DNA of 63,038 nucleotides, the filler included, from Licmophora abbreviata (lineage: Eukaryota), in the NCBI GenBank assembly GCA_900291995.1. It is 11 parts of 11 records of this genome, joined end to end, with 100 filler letters (N's around TTAATTAATTAA, not from the genome) between each part and the next. Parts side by side here need not be neighbours in the genome. Positions count along the whole stretch, not along the records: positions 7,168 to 18,323 come from OLMU01000138.1; positions 18,424 to 21,660 come from OLMU01000139.1; positions 21,761 to 29,145 come from OLMU01000140.1; 8 more parts are not named here. The stretch is one strand, 5' to 3'. Shown here one piece after another: positions 11,157 through 23,136 of the stretch; position 1 is the first letter of the stretch, and every line of letters begins with the position of its first letter. The notes under the pieces are model-generated. The model was not told the DNA's origin, ran no database searches, and saw only the letters and a list, made by a program, of their open reading frames with translations. Position numbers and translations under genes: made by a program.

Positions 11157-12185
11157 ATGAGCGTAATTCCAGTCGAATCGCTGCCCGTGAAGTTGACGAT
11201 CGATTCGTTCCTTCCCTTTTCGAATAGTCATTCGTCGACGAAGAGCGACCCCGAGAAGACACGGCGCACTGAAATGACTGAAAGTGGATTTTCCAAAGTG
11301 ATTGGGCCCCGCGAATCTCCACCTTCGTGCTCTTGCTGCAAACGAAGAGCCAGTCTATCAGAATCTCGGGAGACGCTGGACGAGCCACGTCTATGTTGCC
11401 GTCGGAGTATGCCCAGCATGTTTGATTCGGAGGAGGAAGACGACGAGGACGATATCTTGCCAGGTGTCTTGAGCAAGGGCACTGTGTATCACCCCAAGAA
11501 AATCATCGCTGAAGGGTGGGTTTACAAGAAAGGTTCTGGAATGGACTGGATGGGTAGTCGTGGTTGGAAGGCTCGTTGGGCTCGGTTGCTGGTAAGTTTG
11601 ATTTGGTGTTGTGTGTTCCCCCGAAAGTTTTGAACTATAGACCGGTGCTAATTCGACTCTTTCCCTTGTCCCTATATGGTTTAGATGGCACGGGTCGACG
11701 GCTACGATGTGGAAGTGCCTCTGTTGTCCATGTACTGGTATTCTGCAGGTACAACAACCCCATCGACGGTCATTGTCCTAGACTCAACGGTCGTTATGCC
11801 CCGTGAAAAAGAAGACAAGTCTCTCTGGAATGCCTATCGCTTTGATGTAGTGCATGCCCGACGAACGGCAAGCGGTGACGACGTCACTCGTACCTTCTCG
11901 GCTCCCCAAAAAGGTCGGGATGCATGGGTATATGCCATCAGTAAGGCCTTGTTCAGCTACGAAAAGGAAAAGGCTGCCGCCAAGAAGGCCCAGAGGGCCC
12001 TTTCCGACGCAGCTCGGCCCACAAGTCCGATTCACAGTTCCATGTGGAATGAAGACCGCTTCAAGGTGAGTATGACATCGATCGATCGTCCGACTTCCCC
12101 GGTTGCCAGTCCTCGCTTGAGTCGCAAAGTCCCTCGACCAGTGCCGCGTTCGCCGACGAGACGAACGTCGTCGTCGTCACTCTGA
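11157..12185 (+). CDS. PH-domain protein (exons ~11157-11591, 11685-12185)
   Basis: IAEGWVYKKGSG...GWKARWARL beta1-beta2 motif and RTFSAP..GRDAWVYAISKAL C-terminal helix. GTAAGT donor at 11592. Confidence 0.8.
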
Positions 12186-12408
12186 GCGTCAGCCGGCACA
12201 CGCAAATCGCACGGTGGAAACGAACAAGGGGTCTCGTCTTTCACCCTACTAGTACACTTCTCGCCTGCGCAAGACAGCTCCGGTCGGTTCCGACTCGTAA
12301 ATATTTCACGCGACGCTGTTACAGGTCCTTCGAGTTAATTGTGATCATGGGAGTATCATAAACTCAATAGAAGAAAGTAGAATCTTGCATGATCTTACGA
12401 CGCTACTA

Positions 12409-13204
12409 TCATTCCGTTTCATTCAAAATCAGCGAGACAGTTGCTTCTCCTGCCCATTTCTTGTGAGGTATTGTTCGACTTCGAATCATGCGGCTGCCGA
12501 ACCAGTCGCGGTACATGATTGTGTTCTCGCCGCTTCGAATGACTCGCGCGATTTTGTTGTCTTTGGCATTTTCGTTTCCAGAACACAATGGCAGTGTATG
12601 AACAGTCAGCATTCCATAAAGATTTCCAAATACAATGTCTGTCAACAAGCGATCCCCAACCATGCAAATCTGCGATGGATCCTCCACGGAACCGCCAAAG
12701 TGCGCCATCATTTCATCCAAGCCTCCTGGCTTTTTCTCCGTGTGTCTAATGACCGATATCCCCATTGATTCTTCAATTCGAATAGCATCTTCATAGTTCG
12801 GATCATCCTTGGTTCCAGCCGAGTTGCTTAGTATTGCCACCTGATCTCTTCCAAAGGCGTCAAGTGCTGATTGCAGTCCGCGCGAAGCGTCGGCGTGAGT
12901 CTGGAGTTCATAGGGGGCCGTCAGCGTATTGTCCTTGTCGAAGACTACCGCGCGTATTCCACAGTGGTCCCGAAGAGCAGTGTAATTTATTTCTGCGGGA
13001 GATGGAAGCAGGTGGCAAGGACAAAAGGTTTGGAGAAGAGAGCAGGGTTGGTATTACATGCGGAGGCAGCCGTTCAGAACAAGCGAATCACAAACTCGTC
13101 GTACCTGACACGTTCGCTACGAAAACATGAGGTGACATTAAATAAGGCCTTCTCAGCACAGCCCCCAGTGTCAATATCGCCTTGGTGTTGAGGGACTGCA
13201 CCAT
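12409..13204 (-). CDS. Phosphatidylglycerophosphate phosphatase, GEP4/YqeG HAD family (intron ~12993-13104)
   Basis: AVVFDKDNTLTAPY HAD motif I, ILSNSAG, RH..KKPG, MVGDRLLTDIVFGN. Confidence 0.88.
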
Positions 13205-13533
13205 GGCGACGACATTCAGAAGAAAGAAGGCAGCGGCGTTGTCACTATGAGCGGTGCCGCGCTCTCCGTCCATAACAGCATCAGTCCGTGCGTCACTCTC
13301 CATGTCTCAATTTGGTTTTAGAATTTTTCTCTTTTTCTTTCTTTGCTTCTTGACTCTTGACACTTCAAGATCTGCGCGATGACACCACATCACATCCACA
13401 TCACATCTCACACAGAATGGCGCCTCCCAAAATCAGAATAGCGTCGGATCTCTGCGCTTTTCATTGTGAATCGACCTGAGCGTATCCCAGGAGAGACCCA
13501 TGTATGACAATAGAGTCATAGGATTCCAGAAAT

Positions 13534-16218
13534 ATGACAAAGAAAGAGTACGGATACGCCACACGAGCTGCCGAACTCCTTCATGTGTGTCGCGACCGGA
13601 TCCACGATACGAGGCGGCACAATAGGAGGCATAGCGCCTTGCACGACATGGAGCATGCGCTCTCTCAGACAGAGCAACTGATGCATGCACACATCCTTCG
13701 GTTGATTGATCTGGAGCGAGAAAAGATTGAGTATCTTGGTGGAATAAGTAATAGTAGCGCGCAAAGTCGGTCAGAACAGATTCCAGATACACTAAGGGAG
13801 AGTATGGAGATCTTACAGTCCGTGCTGGACATCAAACGACGGAAGCAAGCCCAGTGTTTTGCAGAAGAAAACACGGCCCAACGAAGTTCGCAAACTCTAG
13901 TGCGGCAGAGAGGTCAGGGTAAAAAGATGCTGCTGACAAAGATGCGTTACCAGAGCAACAGTGGTCCGTCGTCGGTCCCGAGCTTGTCATTGTCGTCGAC
14001 TCGAGAGGACAAGGAGAATGTTGCAACCGCTAACTTCACATCAGAATCTCAAGTTTCCAGCTATTGCATGAAGTCCAGTGTTCCGTTTTATCCTACTCGA
14101 AGTGCCTGTGATACACTACTCTTCCGCCTGATTACAATGCTTGAGCTATGTGTCGTCCGGCTCGGCGATGCACATCTCGTCCTAACGGGTCGCCGCCCTG
14201 CCGATGATAAAGTGCCTACTGACTCCTCCATGTGTGTTTCTCTTGCTGTAACTACTGCTGCGTGTGTGGGTGCCGGCTCGATGTGGCTGTCCAGACACGA
14301 ACGCCCGCCAAAAGCGGACCTTGCAGCGCTTCTTCTCTTGTCAGGGCGGGCCGCCGCGGTACTTGTCGCAAGCTCGCTGGTGAGTCGAAAGTGGAGCAAC
14401 ATGTGGATGACGGCCAAAATTGTCAATAGCACAAAGTCGATTGAGGAATGGCAGCACGAGTGGCTACTGGTGCAGTCGCCGGAGTCAGCCGCGAACTCAA
14501 CTTCTGGACCATTCTTCTCGAGAGCCGATGGTGGCGACGAGTGCGCCGAACACTCTCGATCGATGCTACTCATCGAGCGCGCACTTGGTGAGAGTCCAAA
14601 GGTATGTCATGGCGTGAACACAAAATGTCGTTGTTTGAACTGGTTGTTTGAACTGCATACCACCAGGATTCGCTTACCTTTCGCCGACAATGCCATCTGA
14701 AGTCTTCGTTCTGGCACTCCGAAGGAGAGATTCGGTTCCTCTTCTTGAGGCGAGCCATGGACCTTCTGTATGCGTCAATTGGAACCGCTGTCGAAGTCAC
14801 CAACACAACCAAGGCATCGATGAACGAACCAGGCTCCTTTTGGAAGCTTCCTCTGGCGGCCGCAGCTGCAGCCTCGTACTACTCGGTCGCTGGTCCGCAT
14901 AGAAGAGCATCCCAGGCTGTCGACTCGAGGGCATCAGATGTGATACAGTACGCATGGGGTATGGTTTCTTTGCCAAGCGTCAAGAAACTCTCATTGAAGG
15001 CAACACAAATGCTCAAGGGGGCTGCCCTTGCGGAGCGAATCGTTATCGCAGGTGTGCCATGTTTCATCCTTTCTCGCGATCCTTTTCCAGGTAAGAACTG
15101 CGGGGCTCCTCTCAGATGTCTGACTTGGTTTGCCTTGCCTAATCTTTCCGTCCTATTTCAACGAAGATCTTGCCGCTGCAGTCCGAAGATCGCAACGAAA
15201 AGAGCAGCGTCAAACCATGAAGCGTCTTTCCACAATCTACGAAAAGGACGGAACGAATACTTCCGCAAGTGGGTCTTCGTTCGCCTCAGCTGGATCGCTA
15301 CAACACCAGGACGGGAATTTTAGCAAGAAAGACGTCATCTTTCACCTTACTGGTGGTGGTTTCTTTGCTCATACGATTGCCAGTGACCTACCGTACCTTC
15401 TGGACTGGAGTAAGACGACAGGGGCGGTCGTAATTTGTCCAGAGTATGCGCTGCTACCGGACCATCCGTTCCCTGCCGCTTTGAAGGAGATTACTTCCGT
15501 TTACCATTCCATCATGTCAGGGGAGTCGTCTACCGAGCTCGGCTTTGCCGTGAACCGGATAGTCGTGACGGGAGAGTCAGCGGGAGGTAATCTCGCAGCC
15601 GCTCTATGTGTTAAGCTTGTCAAGGAGAATCTGGTGGATGTCGACCGGCTTCTCAACACGCCCGACGACGAACGGCAATCTCCGTCGGAGGAAGGTCCAA
15701 ACAGTAGTGCATGTGAACTGGTCGAGACTGACTCTGAAGAGCCTCAGCACGAGAGAGCCTCGTCTCTTTCGCTCGTGTGTCTCCCCGACGCGTTGATGCT
15801 GTCCTGCCCAGCATTGAATCTATCTCTCGAGTTGACTCCGTCTCGTGTCCGAGGACACAAAGATCCAGTGTTGCCTTCGGGACTCATCGCCGTCATCTCA
15901 AACACCTACGTTCCGGCCTATCTATGTGCTGACAAGAAGAATCCGCTGGCGTCTCCGTTCTACGCGCCGGACGACATCCTCCATCTGTTTCCACCGACGC
16001 TGCTATTTGCAAGCTCCGACGACCCGCTGCTCGACGATTCTGTTGTGTTCAATAGACGACTTCGTGGACTCGGGGTCGAGTCCGATCTACGAGCGGCGCA
16101 CAACATGCCCCACGCCTATTGGGGGCTGGGGACCGCTGGCTTTCCTGAAGCCACACAGGTGCAGCAAGAGTGTGAAGAGTATCTGGTGCAACAGTTTAGA
16201 AAACGATTAGATCCATAG
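13534..16218 (+). CDS. Hormone-sensitive-lipase-family alpha/beta hydrolase with long N-terminal extension (3 exons)
   Basis: IFHLTGGGF oxyanion motif, EYALLPDHPFPAAL, VTGESAGGNL nucleophile, DPLLDDS, HNMPHAY. Introns ~14602-14702 and ~15091-15167. Confidence 0.85.
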
Positions 16219-16240
16219 CCGAACTTTAGTAGCGTTAACG

Positions 16241-16828
16241 TCATCGGAACGCTCGCTGCTGTACCTGCTCTCTGGGTACCATGTGTAAGGTGGGACTCAA
16301 CTTTCGATAGGCAGGATCCCACGGTGCAGGCTGCTCCCACTTGCCGCTCTCTGGGTTCTTCCACGCCTCCACCAGCGCGTTTCCATGGTGGCGCGGCCGT
16401 AAGCTTGGCTTGTCGTCATCGCCGAGTGCCATTTTGAGAGCCATTATAGTGAAAACTCCCATAGAAACTCCCATAATGATATTTCGTGGCTGATAGAATC
16501 CCTGCATAAAGCCATGAAACCCCGCAGCCGTCTCGGTCGCAGCACGACGTGCGTGTGGCGATGCCGCGCCATGTGGATGTGGACCTCCTCCATGATTTCG
16601 CATATGTCCCCATCGTTTATTTTCATCCAGCTGTAAATCATAGAGCCTTCGCTCCTTGCTATTCGACAAGACTCGATGTGCTTCGGATATCAGCTTGAAT
16701 CGCTCGGCGTTGGCGGCTCCCTGCGCCACGTCGGGGTGGGTCTCGAGACTAAGCTTGCGAAAGGCAGTCTTGATTTCCTTGTGCTCGGCGGACCGTGGTA
16801 CTCCCAGAGTTTCATAGTGTGAGCTCAT
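16241..16828 (-). CDS. DnaJ (J-domain) protein with one C-terminal TM helix
   Basis: SHYETLGV...EIKTAFRKLSLETHPDV...FKLISEAHRVLSN..RRLYD. Confidence 0.9.
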   Translation of the reverse strand: MSSHYETLGVPRSAEHKEIKTAFRKLSLETHPDVAQGAANAERFKLISEAHRVLSNSKERRLYDLQLDENKRWGHMRNHGGGPHPHGAASPHARRAATETAAGFHGFMQGFYQPRNIIMGVSMGVFTIMALKMALGDDDKPSLRPRHHGNALVEAWKNPESGKWEQPAPWDPAYRKLSPTLHMVPREQVQQRAFR

Positions 16829-17214
16829 GGCGAGCAGGGGTATTTTGAAACAGTCAAATTAGTCACTGAAAATCAGGAGCGCTGTCCTCGGCTCCACATG
16901 TTCACTGCGTCGCCATGGTCGCGCCAACGCATCGCGGCGAGATTTGAGGCGATGTGGGGAGAGATGACTGTGTGTGTTGGGCCTGTTTGATATTCATTGA
17001 TTTACTATGGGAATGACGTCACATGTCCTTTTCCGGACAGCAAACCTCGCGCCGTCTCTCTGTGATGCTGACCATGACGAGGAGAAAGCTAGCCGCATTC
17101 TTGACGCCGCAATGGGTTTTGTATTGAACTGGAGTGTCCCATAGAGACCCTATGTCTTTTGAGTGGGACAGCTATTTTCAGTGTTTGGTCGATACGAAAT
17201 CAAGATTTTTGACA

Positions 17215-18321
17215 ATGACGCCACGGATGCAGAGCTTCTTTTTGGCGCCCTCGACCAGTCGTTGCTTTGCCAGTCGGATTTGTCGTCGGCACAGCAGCAC
17301 TGCTTCTCAAAGTCTTAATCTCAGCAGTGACATGTCGGAAAGAGCTGCGGTTACTCATGTTCACAGCTCTCTGCCATCTGGACTGTTGGACTACACACGC
17401 GGGTGGGCATGGCAACAGGCAGTTCTGAGTCGACGATTGGAACTACGACGGAAGGCCGAATCACTGAACCTTGTGACCAACACGGACTGTGTACTATTAT
17501 TGGAACACTCACCGGTATACACATTGGGCAGGGGTGCGGATGAGGAGCACCTTTTATTCTTGCGAGACGACGTGAGCGGCACGCGAGATCGACTCTCTCG
17601 TAAGAATCGCGGTAAGGATTCGGCTCGGCTGTCGGTGGACCGTCACATGAATAGCAGTCTTTTCCACCGACCAATCGTAGAAGCTGTCGATATTTTGGCA
17701 GGTGAGTTCAAATTCTGGTACGACTGATCAACTGTGTATTTGAATGCTATCGTTGCTCATCTTTACTCACAACGTGATCATCACGCCACGCTAGACGCCG
17801 CCGTTCCTGTTATCGCCCCGAATGGTGTCCCCATCTATCGAGTGGAACGTGGCGGTGAAGTGACCTTTCATGGCCCTGGGCAGCTGGTAGTATATCCTCT
17901 TTTGGACTTGCGGAGGCAGCCTTACAGGCAAGATTTGCGTTGGTACTTGCGTACGGTGGAACAAGTCATCATGGAGGTGTTGCGATACTACGATATTGAA
18001 TCGTGTCGAGACGAAGACAATACTGGAGTGTGGGTGGGCGACAACAAGGTGGCAGCTGTAGGAGTCTCGTCGTCACGTTGGATTACGACCCATGGCTTTG
18101 CGTTGAATGTGAACCCTGACCTCCGGTACTTCGATACGGACTGCATCCTGCCGTGTGGTATCGAGGGCAAGGGAGTGACGAGTATGATGGATATACTGAA
18201 GGCCCGTGGTTCGGTATACATACCAGATATTCATGAAGTCGCAGAAGTTACTATAAAGACAATGGAGGACGTGTTCGGTGTGCCGCTGCGGCAGTCCGAA
18301 GACGACTTTATACTAAGCTAG
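17215..18321 (+). CDS. lipB: Lipoyl(octanoyl) transferase LipB, probably mitochondrial (intron ~17702-17794)
   Basis: LLLEHSPVYTLGR, VERGGEVTFHGPGQLVVYP, KVAAVGV, WITTHGFALNV, ILPCGI. Confidence 0.92.
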
Positions 18322-18423
18322 ACNNNNNNNNNNNNNNNNNNNNNNNNNNNNNNNNNNNNNNNNNNNNTTAATTAATTAANNNNNNNNNNNNNNNNNNNNN
18401 NNNNNNNNNNNNNNNNNNNNNNN

Positions 18424-19142
18424 GTCCTTTTGCCACTCGCCGTCGAGTTTCTCGGCGGTATCCTTCCACTGTAGCAGGTCAGCTTTCTGATTCTCAAGGC
18501 TCGCAATCTCTTCCATCTTGTGATTGAGACTGTCTCCAAGCATTCGGGAGAACTCCAAGTCGCCAAGCTGAGCTTGACCCGGTAACAGTTGTCCAGACCA
18601 AAGAATGCGCACTCGGCCATCGGCTAACTTCTCACGAATAGAGAGCTTGACTTTGGAAGATGCCGATGGCCGTTGTCGTTCGCGAGGAGTTCACAGCTCA
18701 CCATGATTGAATTGTCAGCGTTGTCGGCGTCGCTATCATTGAGAAGATACGAAGCCAGAAGGTCGACTTTGTAGGCGTCCCCGCCTCTGTCGATTTTATT
18801 GGACGAAAGACGCGCATGCTGTTCTTGGGTGCTCGTAGCTTCCCATGGAACATTGGTATCGTTGGGGTCGACGCGCGTTGTGAATGTGAGCATGCCATTC
18901 GTCACTTGGACTTGGAGAAGGTAGTGATCAGGGCGCGCGGTCTCGCCGTCGTCACTGATGCCTTGATCTACAGAGCGATACGCGGCAACGACACCAGGAG
19001 ATGCAACTGTGTAGCTGGTTTTGCGATGCAGGATCTGCAGTTGTCGAGTCCCCAGACATTGCGGTGGTGGTGGGGTCGGGGCGGACGACGACGACAAGAT
19101 CGTTGTTGACGTGACTTCGGCACTATTTTCATCGTCGTTCAT
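18424..19142 (-). CDS. Possible XRCC4-like head + coiled-coil protein, 3'-truncated at gap (frameshift at ~18652)
   Basis: Beta-rich N-terminal part (LLQVQVTNGMLTF) continues, after a 1-nt correction, into KVKLSIREKLADGRVRILWSG and a coiled coil. The family call is an architectural impression only. Confidence 0.4.
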
Positions 19143-19609
19143 CTTTTCAATATTCGACACAGTCAGAAAATGTAGGCGTTTCTATGCATACATAGCGTAT
19201 GCGCATCGACGCAGCAGTCTTGAAGTATAATGGCACCACAATGTGATGGGGACGGCGAGGCAGGGATCTCTCGATGACGACCAACGCCAGACAGAGCGAG
19301 CTTCTTGAGCGTTCTCCTCTCTTCAGTTTGTTATGGATCAGTGTCGAGAAGGGAATGGCCGTGCTGTGCTTCGATCACCATGCATCATCGTGCTGAGGTC
19401 TGAGGTCATCTTACACCCAGAGCAAATCCCATCTTGAGTTTAGGACACGACATTTCCCAGCGTCCTTTGACTATGAAACATTCACTTTTTCTAGCATGCT
19501 AGTCTTTTAGCGACGGGGGAGTTCACATTGAAATCTATCGCGCGTCGCGGACACACTCGACGTTCGACACACAACGATCTCCGTGATCGTGTGTCTAGGC
19601 TCTGCCGCC

Positions 19610-19864
19610 ATGAAGGACGCAGCGACTGACGAAAGTGGCGAGCTAAACACGCTTCAGGAGGAGTGCAAGGCGATGGCTCAAATGCTGCAAGCGTTGGAAC
19701 ATGAAGAATTGGTACTGCAGAAGCAAAATGAGATTCTAGCTCGAGAGGCACTCTTGGCTGGCTTCCAACCGGCTGTGATGGAACCGCCGGCTCCCAAGAG
19801 AAGACGCGTTGTTCCCAAAAAGAAGGAAACTACACCGCTAAAGACCCCGTCACAGAAATCCTAA
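19610..19864 (+). CDS. Small coiled-coil protein with basic NLS-like tail
   Basis: Heptad-like ELNTLQEECKAMAQMLQALEHEELVLQKQNEIL and PKRRRVVPKKK. GCCGCCATG start context. Confidence 0.6.
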   Translation: MKDAATDESGELNTLQEECKAMAQMLQALEHEELVLQKQNEILAREALLAGFQPAVMEPPAPKRRRVVPKKKETTPLKTPSQKS

Positions 19865-20133
19865 ACTGAGCAGGGGTGGTGACTGTGATTAGAGCTTTCT
19901 TGTTTATCAAAATTGCAGCTCGAACAGACCAAGACAGGAGGACATAGCACACGCGGCAGGCGGAAGGAGGAACGTCCGCCCCTTACCCTGCCACAGGCGC
20001 CGAATTTCAATTTGCCGATGCGAATGTCCAAATTGGCTATTATCCCATACTACTATGGAAATACAGGGTTTACTATTCATTCTGTTCTTACTAAGAATAA
20101 GATCCTGGTGCTTACTAGAATACCTCTCGTACA

Positions 20134-21410
20134 CTACAATACTCGTTCTTTGCTCGGACCGTCGTCTACGAAACCTTCCTTGAGTTTGTAGCGCCCATCA
20201 GCAAGACGGACAAGTCTTCCGCAAGGATCAGTCCCATAATCTCCAACAATCGAGCAAAATCGGGCATGATTTGTAACCACCACATCGAGCGACTCGACAA
20301 AGTATTCACATATCCATTGCGACATCTCGTACCCGTACGGCATAATGATCTTACGCAAGCCGTCATACTGAGCGTCGCAAATGTCGATCTTATTCACAAT
20401 TGTGTCGTTTGATCTCTGGCGTCCATGAGAAGTCACATTTGTCCCATGAGGAATCGTGCGACCTGGATACTTCAACAGACGCGCCAGTGTTTCCCACACA
20501 TCTTCTTCGTTCAATTCTGTTTGTTCGTACAGGAAGATTGTGTTGCGAACTTGTTGTTTCCTGATGCGGATACCTCCATCTCTGTCGTCGGGAGCCAACA
20601 AGGCACGTTCCGTCGTATTCAGCGGTGTTTTCCCCAGTTTAGCCAAAGTCACATGGAACCTAGCTCGTGCCACACAGAATAATTGATTGTTGCCACAGCC
20701 CCATTGATTGCAATTTGTAACGCAAGGCTCCGCCCGATCATAAGGTGAGGTTCTCTGATATTCTGTCGGATGGTTCGCCGCTTGCATATTCCAAAAGGAT
20801 TGAAACCACAACACAGGATGTCGAATTCCGAGGATGACTTTCGTTCGCGGCAAGTGATTGGAAAATGCCGGCAGGTCGTAGACCGAGGCTGGACACTTGG
20901 TCCCACGAAAGAGTTTGGTGTCGTTCCTTCCTTGTGCGTCTGGGTACTGTCTCGGCCAGAGCTTGTAGGCATACCATATGGTTTGTTGGATTTGGGTACA
21001 AACATCGCTAATGGGCATCGGAGCAATGTTTCCGAGATTCGCCTCCATCGTAGTGGTCCCGCACTTTGGGAAGCCGACGATGGAAAAGTCCAAAATGGCT
21101 CCGTCGGCGTCCGCATCCTTACGCACTTTGGCGTGCTTGGTACCATGACTTTCAAACCAAGAGTCAAACCGTTCCCCTCGATGGGCCATGTATTCCATCA
21201 GCAGACCGTCATTGTTGTTTTGTATCCGTGTGGCATTTACTTCCTCCTCGCTGCTGCTAGTATTCGTAGTGTTGCTGTGGGTATATCGTTATCGAGCGTC
21301 GCAATGTTTTGAACAAAGGACGAAAGATCCTCCGAAAAGTAGTGGAACAGGATGGCGCCGCAGAGCAACATGTACAGCAGGCAGGTCCGTGGATGCTGAT
21401 GAAACGCCAT
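20134..21410 (-). CDS. Membrane-anchored (Golgi-type) sulfotransferase-family protein (frameshift at ~21280)
   Basis: DFSIVGFPKCGTT 5'-PSB loop and KVILGIRHPVLWFQSFWN 3'-PB motif. The N-terminal TM lies in the adjacent frame. Confidence 0.8.
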
Positions 21411-21986
21411 CCTAGATCTCTGTGTCCCTTCTTCCAGTGCCTTCGTTTCATACAAGACGGTTTAGGTTGTTACCAAGGAAGGGAGTCGTGCGATGTAAGT
21501 CCACGACAGTAAGCATCGCTTTAACGACACCACACATCCCAATGCAATTCAGCAGTGAACCCCAAATCACGACGCAATGACCCATGGCGCAACGCCAATC
21601 GACGTCATTCTCGCCATTTTTTCTGGTCGCGCGGAAACAAACACACTTCGACGACGGACANNNNNNNNNNNNNNNNNNNNNNNNNNNNNNNNNNNNNNNN
21701 NNNNTTAATTAATTAANNNNNNNNNNNNNNNNNNNNNNNNNNNNNNNNNNNNNNNNNNNNAGGCACAGGCTCCTATCCTCATCACGCGTCGTCGTCTTAC
21801 ACACAATCACAAAGGAACTTCATCTCTATTTGTGCGCCGCTCTACCGTTGTAGCTATGATAGGATGGGAACCTTGCCAAATCTTCGTCCTTTGATATTAC
21901 CTATAAGAAGAAGCCACAATAATAAGTAGCCCAAAAACAAACGATCCGACTCTACACTATCATCACTCCTATAGTCTAGCTACCCT

Positions 21987-22760
21987 TCAGAAGGGACCGA
22001 CCATCAGTTCCGAATAGCCACTGATCCATGGGATCTGATTCGGCTTCTTCCCTCGCAGGTTCGAGTAGATGCTGTAGACTACCATCGACATGTACATGTA
22101 GTAGATGAAGTTGGCACTCGGTTCGGCAATCGCTCGCGGTAGCGGATCCTCCTCGAACGCACTCGCTATGAGTTCCGGAAAGACAAGCGCGACGTCAATG
22201 AGCGCAGCCTGCTGGGCATTGAAACGAACGCCTCGACTCATGTCGGAACCACGCGTCCCCAGAGTCAGCGCCAAAAATAACAAGAGGCCGAGGAACGGAA
22301 CTGCATGGTAGATGTTCAGCAGTGGACCAAGCAATATGTCATCCAGGTATCCCAGAGGTGGGATTCGTTGGTAGATAAAGTAGCCAAACTGATCACCATC
22401 TAGAAGAGGCAATATGTACGGAAAACATGCCTTGATGCGATCGGGTCCCTCGAGTTCGTCTTCGCCGCTCCACATTTCTAGCGCTGATGATGATGCTGAT
22501 GATGCTGATGCTGCTGGCGGTGACTTATTGAATCCCATCAGTTGAAACGACCGCGAGGGCAAATAGGGTTCACGATGAACCCTTCCATGAAGTTGCTGAG
22601 ACTTCCAACCAGCGATGACTCCTCGCCCTGTCGATACTGCGGCCGGGCCCCTCCCATGGATCGGCTGCAAGGCAGCCCCGCCATGAGGACAGGCAAGCAA
22701 TGCAAGGCACGCAAACAAAGCAAATTTCCGTGTCATCATTCGAAACAATTTATGCATCAC
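21987..22760 (-). CDS. Tic20/Ycf60-family plastid import protein
   Basis: DRIKACFPYILPLLDG, SRGVRFNAQQAALIDV, GKKPNQIPWIS. Signal peptide plus transit-like N-terminus. Confidence 0.85.
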   Translation of the reverse strand: MMHKLFRMMTRKFALFACLALLACPHGGAALQPIHGRGPAAVSTGRGVIAGWKSQQLHGRVHREPYLPSRSFQLMGFNKSPPAASASSASSSALEMWSGEDELEGPDRIKACFPYILPLLDGDQFGYFIYQRIPPLGYLDDILLGPLLNIYHAVPFLGLLLFLALTLGTRGSDMSRGVRFNAQQAALIDVALVFPELIASAFEEDPLPRAIAEPSANFIYYMYMSMVVYSIYSNLRGKKPNQIPWISGYSELMVGPF

Positions 22761-23136
22761 GAGGCTATAGATTCTATGAGACTAAAACACGTTGATCGCA
22801 TACAACAAAGACACGGCAGAGCGCTTGCGGCGGTCGCTTGTGCAGCTCTCTCTTCTTCGTCGTCAGTGCAATAGAATGCGATGGCTCTCGTCCGGCGCCA
22901 TCGCCGCCGATCTTAAGGTCTTTCGCCGCGCGCGGGTTGCGCGGTTGTGAGTGAGTCAGTCTCTGCATGCCTATGTATAGAATACCACAGGGTACCCCAA
23001 CTTTTCTTCGCCAGCCCTTTGGCGCCGTTGGCAAGTTGCGCTAGGCTCTGTTAAGTGCTAAGATGATGTATCCAAATCGGTGCAAATGAAAAAGTGTAAC
23101 GACTGTTGCGTCTGCTTACGCTTACAATATCATAGC

